56,483 nucleotides of DNA, taken from positions 1-56,483 of the IMG/VR virus record IMGVR_UViG_3300024520_000087; one strand, given 5' to 3'. This document shows positions 9,078-16,391 of the stretch, piece after piece (position 1 is the first letter of the stretch; the number at the start of each line of letters is the position of its first letter). A program made the translations under genes and the position numbers. This DNA comes from a virus. Taxonomy: Duplodnaviria; Caudoviricetes. Below the pieces are notes generated by a model, which had not been told where the DNA came from, did no database searches, and saw nothing but the letters and a program-made list of their open reading frames with translations.

Positions 9078-9313
9078 TGGCAGGATCGTTACGGTTTTTA
9101 TCGGAAAATTACGCAAGTTATCGGATGGGATGGGATTGGCAGGAGGGGTATCGAGTGTAGGGGATTGGACCAGAAAGGAGTCGAGGGTTAAGGATCGGAA
9201 TAGCAGGAACGGAAGAGAGGGGTATAGAGGGGTGAGGAACAGAAAGGAACGGATTGGCAGGAACGGAGGGGGAAGATTGGAGGGGAGAGTTTAGGAATGG
9301 AGAGGAATGGAAA
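9078..9313 (+). ncRNA. Pentameric (GGA-NN)n array, four units separated by GGCA/AGCA; candidate guide-RNA array
   Basis: T(G/A)GCAGGA at 9078, 9137, 9201 and 9255, spaced 59, 64 and 54 nt (all 5n+4). Between them is a 5-nt register with a mostly GGA/GGT/AGA triplet and a variable dinucleotide. Starts immediately after the RAMP stop codon. Confidence 0.8.
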
Positions 9314-9315
9314 TC

Positions 9316-9762
9316 ATGAAAACAAGAGACAAAATACAAAAAGCATTTAATGAGCTATCAGAAAAAAGCTCAGATGGAGGTGTGAGACCTGAAGACTTGG
9401 TTAAATACGCAAAACCCAAGGATTCACCACTGCATGAACACTTCGAATGGGACAATAAAAAGGCGGGTCAAACATATAGGGTTCACCAAGCAAGACAGTT
9501 GATTGGAAAACTACGAGTAGAAGTAGAAGGAGAAAACGTAAAACAGTTTCACAGTATTGTATTGGAAGTAGAAGAAGGTAAAGAAAGTAAATATTTCTCT
9601 CTAGAGAAAATACTTACAGATAAAGATCTCAAATCAAAAGCACTAAAACAGATGGTTAAGGATATTAAGTTCTTTATTAAAAAATATGAAACGCATAAAG
9701 AATTATTTGAAATAGTGAATACGGATAAAGTCGACGAATACCACAAACAGTATTTAGATTAA
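9316..9762 (+). CDS. Phage protein immediately downstream of the array (possible partner of the RAMP module)
   Basis: P..LV..A....SPLH.HFEWD...A...YR..QARQLI motif. Starts 2 nt after the last pentamer. Confidence 0.75.
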   Translation: MKTRDKIQKAFNELSEKSSDGGVRPEDLVKYAKPKDSPLHEHFEWDNKKAGQTYRVHQARQLIGKLRVEVEGENVKQFHSIVLEVEEGKESKYFSLEKILTDKDLKSKALKQMVKDIKFFIKKYETHKELFEIVNTDKVDEYHKQYLD

Positions 9763-9764
9763 TT

Positions 9765-9971
9765 ATGTTTAAAACAGGAGACAAAGTAACCATAAAAGAG
9801 GGTTCTGCTTACTATGAGAATAGAAAGCAGATGCGTGGAACCATCACGAATATAGATTATGATGATGAATGTACTGTTGAATTTGAAGATGGATATAGAG
9901 GCGAATATGCCCAAGATCAATGTGTAGATTTACTTATAAGGGAGACGAAGCAGAAAAAGAGAGGAAATTAA
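9765..9971 (+). CDS. Small SH3/KOW-like beta-barrel protein
   Basis: FKTGDKVTI...GTIT.I......VEFEDG. Confidence 0.55.
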   Translation: MFKTGDKVTIKEGSAYYENRKQMRGTITNIDYDDECTVEFEDGYRGEYAQDQCVDLLIRETKQKKRGN

Positions 9972-10041
9972 AAATAAATGCATTCGGAGAGATGGTTTAG
10001 GAGAAGACGTTTAAAGTTGAAATAGTTGAAGGAGAAGAAGA

Positions 10042-11214
10042 ATGAAAACCAAGAATAAAAAATGCAAACAGTGCAAGATAACTTTTTCCAGAAAAGTTTG
10101 GAATCAGGTATTTTGTTCCAACAAATGTCAAAGAGAATGGCTTTTAAAGGTCAACTTAAAGATCAAGGAGAAGAAAAAGAAGCAAAAGGAAGAATACAAA
10201 TCTAAACACCCGCTTGTTGAAAGAAAAAAGGAATGTAAACAGTGTGGAGAGACTTTTACCTGGAGGTCTGATAAACCAACTAGAAAATTCTGTGAAGTAA
10301 AGTGTTCATCTAAATATGGTGGCCCAAAAGAAAAAGATAGGAGAAAAAAGATAAAAGAGTCTCAACAAAACATAGACAAAGATAACAAAAATCTAGTTGC
10401 AGTTAATGACGTGTGGCTCACACTCAAGCATTACAAAGAACCTCTCAAAAAAGTTAAAAAGGGTAATCATGGATTTTATGGTGCTCTTCTTTCTACTGTG
10501 GATGGGGAACTTATACAGTGTCATATTTGCGGGAAGCTTTATAAATCATTGATTTTCCACGTGAAGTCGGCTCACAAAATAAACACCAAGGAATATAGGA
10601 AAAAATTTAACCTTGCTGGCAGTACAGCTTTAGTTTCTGAGGTTCTTAGAAATAAATATAAAAAGAGAACGATTGATTGGCTAAATAAAATGAGTAAAGA
10701 AGAAAAGGAGACATATTTTGAAAGAAAACGGGAACGCATTAAAAAATGGTACGCGAGAACAAAAAAGGATGGCACCCTCCACGAAAAAATGTCTCACCCT
10801 ATTACTTTGGAAACTAAAAACAAAAGGGGTACGTGTCCAGACCAATTACTGGACAAAATAAAGAAAGTTTCCAATCAACTTGGCCACACTCCTTCTAAAA
10901 GAGAATTTATTCAAGTCTGTGAAACACAAAGGTATATGCATCTTATTTACAAGACATTTGGGTCTTGGCCCAATGCTCTTAAGATGGCTAAATTGAACCC
11001 AAAACCAAAAACAGAAAATGGAGGACACAGAAAATACTCAGACGAAGAGTTGTTGGAATATTTAAGAATCTTTACACAAGAGTTTAACAAGGTTCCTACA
11101 TATACAGATTTTAGAAGAGGTTTATTGCCAGACTACGCAATATATACGAGACGATGGGGAGGAATAGAAAATGCAAGACAAGAAGCAGGAATTTACGAAT
11201 TTATAGAAGATTAA
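10042..11214 (+). CDS. Multi-domain DNA-binding protein: Zn ribbons, MucR/Ros-like finger, homing-endonuclease-associated helical repeats
   Basis: Two CxxC...FCSxxC-type units, CHICGKLYKSL..HV...H.....EYRKKF, and two TPS...F...FGSW..AL-type repeats. No HNH catalytic motif seen. Confidence 0.7.
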   Translation: MKTKNKKCKQCKITFSRKVWNQVFCSNKCQREWLLKVNLKIKEKKKKQKEEYKSKHPLVERKKECKQCGETFTWRSDKPTRKFCEVKCSSKYGGPKEKDRRKKIKESQQNIDKDNKNLVAVNDVWLTLKHYKEPLKKVKKGNHGFYGALLSTVDGELIQCHICGKLYKSLIFHVKSAHKINTKEYRKKFNLAGSTALVSEVLRNKYKKRTIDWLNKMSKEEKETYFERKRERIKKWYARTKKDGTLHEKMSHPITLETKNKRGTCPDQLLDKIKKVSNQLGHTPSKREFIQVCETQRYMHLIYKTFGSWPNALKMAKLNPKPKTENGGHRKYSDEELLEYLRIFTQEFNKVPTYTDFRRGLLPDYAIYTRRWGGIENARQEAGIYEFIED

Positions 11215-11215
11215 T

Positions 11216-12019
11216 ATGTTATCAGAAAGACTCGGAATACACACTCAACTAGTTGTTCCCCCCGAGTTGCTCGTAAAGAGAGAGGGTTTTGTGGTCAAAA
11301 AAGATGTGGATTCTACAGGATTACAGTCAGATGTAGAAGTAGGAGAATATGATGGAATGCCAGCCATAAGAAAAGTTGCAGGTAAACATTTAGACCAAGA
11401 CACCTTGCAACAAATGGCGTTGACGTCAGTCATTCAAAGACAGCAAATGGCTGAGACTGGAATACTTATTCCACACAACTTTGTAACACACGTAAACGGA
11501 GGATTAGAAGTAATAGACGAACTAGTTTTAACACAGGATGTAGAACAAGACATAAAAGAGAGAGATTACACAGGATACAGAGAGGTAATTAAATACATTT
11601 GCACATTAAATGATGGAACAGTTAGAAGCAAAGTAATGTTTGATGCTATGCCAGGCAACTTTGCACATGACGAGGACGGTTTACACTTCTTCGATTTCTT
11701 TCCGCCGACCCTAAGGGGAAGCGACGGAGGAGTGACACCATACTATGAAGAAGTGTTTGTTAGGCCAAGAGACTTATTCACATTTAATTACGGTGACACC
11801 AGAGGTCAGTTAACTAAACTAATGGCAGGGAACAGGTATAGATTTCCAGAACACGAAGAACAACTAGAAGAGATAGCACTTAGCACCATTCAAGGAAGAG
11901 TGCCAAGAGAAGTAGAACGATATATAAATGAACAAGCAGAAAATAACTATCCAGATATGAATACATTTTATCAAGGGCAGGCGTACGAGGCTGCTGAACT
12001 ATTGCAAACACTAATATGA
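11216..12019 (+). CDS. Putative protein-kinase-like fold protein
   Basis: PAIRK (beta3 Lys), FDAMPGNF (catalytic-loop-like DxxPxN), FFDF (DFG-like). Confidence 0.45.
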   Translation: MLSERLGIHTQLVVPPELLVKREGFVVKKDVDSTGLQSDVEVGEYDGMPAIRKVAGKHLDQDTLQQMALTSVIQRQQMAETGILIPHNFVTHVNGGLEVIDELVLTQDVEQDIKERDYTGYREVIKYICTLNDGTVRSKVMFDAMPGNFAHDEDGLHFFDFFPPTLRGSDGGVTPYYEEVFVRPRDLFTFNYGDTRGQLTKLMAGNRYRFPEHEEQLEEIALSTIQGRVPREVERYINEQAENNYPDMNTFYQGQAYEAAELLQTLI

Positions 12020-12249
12020 AACATAAAAAATTAGAAAAGGTTGTTGGTGAAGATAGATCTGGATCATTCAAAGACTTTCCTGAGAGGTTAGAAATAGTGC
12101 GCAAGAAAAAAGGAATGACTCTAAGAGAATTTGGGGAGACGATTGGTGTCCCGACTAGTACGTTATGGAACTGGGAAAACGGCACTAGGCAAATGCCATA
12201 TGACCTAATCTGGCTGGTTTTGTGTGAACTAAACATGCTTAAGAACTAA
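12016..12249 (+). CDS. XRE-family HTH regulator
   Basis: RL...RKKKGMTLREFGETIGV..STLWNWENG.R.P. Confidence 0.9.
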   Translation: MKHKKLEKVVGEDRSGSFKDFPERLEIVRKKKGMTLREFGETIGVPTSTLWNWENGTRQMPYDLIWLVLCELNMLKN

Positions 12250-12250
12250 T

Positions 12251-12490
12251 ATGAAAATAACGTTCAAACAGACCAGTGGAGCTTGTCCAGAACAGTACGA
12301 TGCTTTAGATGAAAAAGGTAACACGATTGGTTATTTAAGATTGAGACATGGACACTTTACTGTTGAACACCCAGACGTCCATGGTGAAGTGGTATATGAA
12401 GCGAAAACAAAAGGAGATGGGATGTTTACAGAAGACGAAAGAGATTTTTACTTAAACCAAGCACGAGAAAGATTGAGTGAACTTTTATGA
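12251..12490 (+). CDS. Conserved phage hypothetical protein
   Basis: ACPEQYD...GYLRLRHG motif. Confidence 0.7.
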   Translation: MKITFKQTSGACPEQYDALDEKGNTIGYLRLRHGHFTVEHPDVHGEVVYEAKTKGDGMFTEDERDFYLNQARERLSELL

Positions 12491-12678
12491 TTAAAAGGAT
12501 TACATACCGCATTACCAAAGAGACGCCAGCGCACGTTAATTTTAGTTTATGGGTTAATGGAGGGCTTATTTGTTCACCTGGCGGTATGTGTTTAAGAGTT
12601 GATGAGTTTCCCATCTTTGTTGAGAAATTGGGAGCGATTGATGACAGTGAATGGTATAAAAAAGAAATGGGAATCTAA
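12487..12678 (+). CDS. Hypothetical protein
   Basis: ATGA-coupled ORF. Confidence 0.55.
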   Translation: MIKRITYRITKETPAHVNFSLWVNGGLICSPGGMCLRVDEFPIFVEKLGAIDDSEWYKKEMGI

Positions 12679-12679
12679 T

Positions 12680-12868
12680 ATGAGTGATGAACACAAGCAG
12701 GGCGCAGAAGAAATAATTGGCAAAATGTACGAGTTTGCTAGAGAGAGATTGAGTAATGCAGACATGTTTACTAACTCACCCAAGGACAAGTGGAAAGCAA
12801 CAGGAAAAAGAGAATTACTCGGTGATTTATTTAGATATTTAAAGGAGTTGAAAGATTATGAGAATTAA
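12680..12868 (+). CDS. Hypothetical protein
   Basis: ATG 1 nt after the previous stop. Confidence 0.55.
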   Translation: MSDEHKQGAEEIIGKMYEFARERLSNADMFTNSPKDKWKATGKRELLGDLFRYLKELKDYEN

Positions 12869-13043
12869 AATTGGACCAGATAAATTAACACTCTTAGTAC
12901 CATTGATCCTCACTTTATACTCAGTGTCCCAATTGGGGCTAGAAGTAGAATCTAGTGAAGTCGACGGTGAAACCATAGTGGGTATGTTTTTGTTTACATT
13001 TGGATTCTGGATACTTGGATATATAAGTGGAAGAAGTGAATAA
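12858..13043 (+). CDS. Two-TM small membrane protein
   Basis: Two hydrophobic segments. Confidence 0.55.
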   Translation: MRIKIGPDKLTLLVPLILTLYSVSQLGLEVESSEVDGETIVGMFLFTFGFWILGYISGRSE

Positions 13044-13044
13044 T

Positions 13045-13374
13045 ATGAAAAATAAATTATCAGCTTATGATATTGACGGAATACTTACAGCGGGCGTAAA
13101 ACCCAAGAAGCCTTACGTGGTAATCTCTGGACGCTTAAACACTGATTGGGGGAGAACCATTGAACAACTAGGACCAGATGTGGTCAAGAACTCGGATGGA
13201 GTTTATTTGAGACCATTTGGTGAGCAAGGAGACAGGGGCATGGCAGGAGTGTGGAAAGGAAAGATGATTAACATGCTAGGAATTACAGAATTCCATGAAG
13301 ATGAGAAAATACAAGCTGACATAATTAGGGCAATGTGTCCTGACTGTGAAGTGATAGAGCATGAAAAAACTTGA
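13045..13374 (+). CDS. Minimal HAD-superfamily phosphatase-like protein
   Basis: YDIDGIL (DxD), ISGR, K, FHEDE motifs in 109 aa. Confidence 0.7.
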   Translation: MKNKLSAYDIDGILTAGVKPKKPYVVISGRLNTDWGRTIEQLGPDVVKNSDGVYLRPFGEQGDRGMAGVWKGKMINMLGITEFHEDEKIQADIIRAMCPDCEVIEHEKT

Positions 13375-13846
13375 TTACATGACAAGGAAAGAGTACCTAG
13401 ATTGGTACGCCAAAGAGGGTTGCAAAGAATGTCTACTTTGTAAACCTGAGGTACAAATGGTTATTGAAGAATTCAAACATTGGATCTGGATTGTCAACCC
13501 AGCACCTTATGTGGGTAGGCATACAATGCTAATTCCAAGAAGGCATATTCTTTTTGAGAGTGAAATAACAGAAGAAGAACACAAGGAATACAGAAAGATA
13601 TTTGATTTAATTCTTGATAGGTACAGAGCTGCAAAGATGAAGCACCACGATGGGACGCCAGTTAGAAAGTTTACCGTAGCCACAAGGACAAGAGATTATC
13701 GATTTGTACATGATGGGGATCTTCCTCGACCAGAGCATCTACACAAACATTTCATACCAGAACACATAAAGATGTGGAGGAAAATGAATGAAGAGGATGC
13801 ACACACATACAGAGATACTGTTGAATTACTAAAACGTAATGAATAA
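13361..13846 (+). CDS. HIT-family nucleotide hydrolase
   Basis: CLLC, NPAPY...HTMLIPRRH, HLHKHFIP histidine triad. Confidence 0.85.
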   Translation: MKKLDYMTRKEYLDWYAKEGCKECLLCKPEVQMVIEEFKHWIWIVNPAPYVGRHTMLIPRRHILFESEITEEEHKEYRKIFDLILDRYRAAKMKHHDGTPVRKFTVATRTRDYRFVHDGDLPRPEHLHKHFIPEHIKMWRKMNEEDAHTYRDTVELLKRNE

Positions 13847-14435
13847 AAAAATAGTAGAAAGAATCTATCCAAACGACAAGCGTGTTAAACCACAAACAGT
13901 GGCACACCACATCGCTAGATATGAGTTTGCGTCTAAGTTTGAAGGAGAAGTTGCATTAGACGTTGGATGTGGTACTGGATATGGATGTGAAATGTTAAGA
14001 CAAGCAGGATTTTATATGACTAAAGGATTTGATGAGAGTCTGACTGCAATTAATTACGCCAAGGAACATTTCCCCAAGTGCCACTTCTTCAGAAGAGACT
14101 TGGTAGAAATGAATGGCACACTCTATAGACCAGACTTAGTCACAATGTTTGAAGTAATAGAACACATCCCGTTTAATATAGGTAAGGACACCATACGGTG
14201 GATAAGTAAAGTTTTAAGAAACAAAGGTACATTTATCATGTCTACCCCTAGAGATATTAATGGTAAGTATAACGAGTTTCACAAGAGTGAATGGCCCTAT
14301 CCGATTATAAAGAATGAATTAGGATCAGTATTTAAAAATGTAAAGATCTACGGACAAGATTGGGATACTGCTAAAATAACAACAGAACACGTACCAAATG
14401 AAGATTTTTACATAGCAGTTTGTAGTAATGACTGA
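13839..14435 (+). CDS. Class I SAM-dependent methyltransferase
   Basis: HIARYEFA, LDVGCGTGYG, FEVIEHI, STP...NEFH. Confidence 0.9.
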   Translation: MNKKIVERIYPNDKRVKPQTVAHHIARYEFASKFEGEVALDVGCGTGYGCEMLRQAGFYMTKGFDESLTAINYAKEHFPKCHFFRRDLVEMNGTLYRPDLVTMFEVIEHIPFNIGKDTIRWISKVLRNKGTFIMSTPRDINGKYNEFHKSEWPYPIIKNELGSVFKNVKIYGQDWDTAKITTEHVPNEDFYIAVCSND

Positions 14436-14516
14436 ATACACATACTTAATTCTAACGCTCAGCGGTAAATACATAGAAGTAGATGAGGAAGTGTGGAATT
14501 TAATAAAGAGACTTAT

Positions 14517-14825
14517 ATGACAAATAAACAAACAGACAAACACACAACACACCATGCTTGCAAAGAAGTAGCGGATAAGCATGGAGATAAAGCAAAATGC
14601 TGTCGCTGTATTAGACATAAATGTAAAAAGACAAAGAACAGTGTGAGCTTTGGTGTTAAAAACATGAAGGGATCTATGATAATGGCAAACGGTGAATCTT
14701 ATTACCCACAAAGTGTAATCGACCAAGCCCTCAAGCAACGAGATGAGGAGATGATGAGAAAACAATTCAATGTTTGCGAAACACACACAACTCAGAAGCA
14801 CGGAAGAAAGCCAGTAACGCACTGA
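14517..14825 (+). CDS. Cys/His-rich hypothetical protein
   Basis: HHAC...CCRC..HKC. Confidence 0.45.
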   Translation: MTNKQTDKHTTHHACKEVADKHGDKAKCCRCIRHKCKKTKNSVSFGVKNMKGSMIMANGESYYPQSVIDQALKQRDEEMMRKQFNVCETHTTQKHGRKPVTH

Positions 14826-15040
14826 AAGGGCGAGCTGTTTCCGAAGAGTTTCGTATGAAGATGCGAAAAGTGAATACACGCAAGAGACCAGTAGCGATGT
14901 ATAAAGATGAAACTAAGGTTAAAGAATTTGATTCACTTTCATCAGCATCTAGACATTTGGGTTTATGTGTGACTTCTGTCTGGGACGTTCTCGTTGGGAA
15001 AAACAAAACAGCGGGTGGATATAAATTTAAATACTTATGA
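14774..15040 (+). pseudogene. Homing-endonuclease DNA-binding remnant (NUMOD3 + NUMOD1), no nuclease domain
   Basis: HNSEARKKAS...KG...SEE.R.KM and KEFDSLSSASR.LG...KTAGGYKFKY. Weak TTG start overlapping the upstream ORF in another frame. Confidence 0.6.
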
Positions 15041-15318
15041 AATTAGAAGATACATTACGAAAGGTGCTGAGGGAGTTTGAGGACATTGCAGACGATTTAG
15101 ATGCCATGCCGAGTAGAGTAAGAGAAAAAGGGTTAAAACAATTCATCACCAAAGCAATAAAACAAGCACTGGAAGAATATGAGAAGGCTGTGAGGGTGGA
15201 GGAGAAGGTGGACAAAGACTATAGCGAGTGTGCCAACCAATATGGTGTTCATCACCTTAATGGCTACAATGCAAGTATAAAAGACAGAGAAAAGAAAGTG
15301 GAGGATTATCTAAAATGA
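15037..15318 (+). CDS. Hypothetical protein
   Basis: ATGA-coupled ORF. Confidence 0.6.
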   Translation: MKLEDTLRKVLREFEDIADDLDAMPSRVREKGLKQFITKAIKQALEEYEKAVRVEEKVDKDYSECANQYGVHHLNGYNASIKDREKKVEDYLK

Positions 15319-15434
15319 AAATACTAATACATCTAGTAGCAGGAATTATTGTGTACAACATGGGTTTTGAGCCAGCGGGACTATACTTAATAGTAGTGTC
15401 AAGTATGCTTACTGTAAGATTTCTTGAAGATTAG
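15315..15434 (+). CDS. 39-aa hydrophobic peptide
   Basis: Read by hand: MKILIHLVAGIIVYNMGFEPAGLYLIVVSSMLTVRFLED. ATG overlaps the previous stop. Confidence 0.45.
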   Translation: MKILIHLVAGIIVYNMGFEPAGLYLIVVSSMLTVRFLED

Positions 15435-15436
15435 TG

Positions 15437-15600
15437 TGATGGGGATGGCGGTGACGCTAGAGTAGTAAAAAGAGACAAAAGCCGTGCGACTCGGATGAAA
15501 AAATGGTCTCCTTCCCCATCATAGTGATCTTGAGGGGGCCTGGGGTTAAAAACTCAGAGGCAATTCTTTAATTAGGATTGGTCGGGCTTAACCCCCTCAA
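15437..15600 (+). ncRNA. Two tandem stem-closed elements; candidate structured RNAs
   Basis: TGATGGGGA (15437) pairs with TCCCCATCA (15513). TTGAGGGGG (15530) pairs with CCCCCTCAA (15592). Confidence 0.4.
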
Positions 15601-15800
15601 GTAAATAAAATATGAGTCCACTCTTTAATCAGGGTTGGATTGTCCGAGTCCACTCGAACAAATAAAATATGAAGAAACTAATAATAATAATACTATTCGC
15701 AATCTTTTTCTTTATCTTATTCCCTTTTTATCACATGATTAAGTTTGAAGAATGAACAAAAGAGATATTGTCCTTCAGAGAAGGTGAAGCACTTGTACGA

Positions 15801-15830
15801 TTGAATTAACAACACGGGATGTAGTATAGT
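15801..15830 (+). promoter_or_regulatory. Sigma70-type promoter for the terminase genes; leaderless start
   Basis: TTGAAT-N18-TATAGT, ATG at 15837. Confidence 0.7.
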
Positions 15831-15836
15831 CATTTT

Positions 15837-16388
15837 ATGGCTACTCCAAAAACTAAGTCTCCAATACCATTACCAGACTTCTTAAATGTTGACAAAGAAC
15901 TAGTCCCCAGGCAAAGGAAACGTAAGAAAGATAAACACCAGGATGCCTATGAAGAGTTTTGTAAATGGTCCGCCACCCCAAAAGAATTAAGAGAACCAAA
16001 GACTCAAGCTGAATTCGCTAGCTTGTGGAAATTGGCCCCTAAATATATAAGCAACTGGAAAAACAACGAAGACTTCCAAGCAAAGAGACTTAACTACTTC
16101 TGGAACTGGATGTTCGAGAAACTACCCGACGTAATGTATGCAATCTACAGAAGGGCAAAGAGGAACTCTTCAGCCGATGCCAGAATATTCACAGACATAA
16201 TTGGAAAGAGACTAGAAACGAACGCTCCAAAGAAAGAGATGACACCATTCTTAATGGTTGGTATTCCTCAAGATAGGGTAAATAACCTTTTTGTCCCCAA
16301 AGGATATGATTCTGCTATCAAGAAAACTATTGAATTAAACAAAGATAAGGTTGAAGATGCAGAAACAATGCCAGTAGAAAAAGCTTAG
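15837..16388 (+). CDS. terS: Terminase small subunit
   Basis: Directly upstream of TerL. HTH-like P...R.PKTQ.EFA...ISNWK..EDF. Confidence 0.7.
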   Translation: MATPKTKSPIPLPDFLNVDKELVPRQRKRKKDKHQDAYEEFCKWSATPKELREPKTQAEFASLWKLAPKYISNWKNNEDFQAKRLNYFWNWMFEKLPDVMYAIYRRAKRNSSADARIFTDIIGKRLETNAPKKEMTPFLMVGIPQDRVNNLFVPKGYDSAIKKTIELNKDKVEDAETMPVEKA

Positions 16389-16391
16389 CAA

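Noticed and set aside
9078-9313. Canonical CRISPR array or simple microsatellite
   Set aside because: There are no 23-50-nt identical repeats with spacers. Variation concentrates in two of five positions, unlike slippage repeats.
9118-9339. Minus-strand 73-aa Pro/Ser-rich ORF over the array
   Set aside because: A by-product of the purine-rich pentamers, against the genome-wide + orientation and with no family motif.
15437-15521. tRNA gene
   Set aside because: Only a T-loop-like hairpin is present, with no proper D-arm, anticodon arm or acceptor geometry. Kept as a generic structured element.
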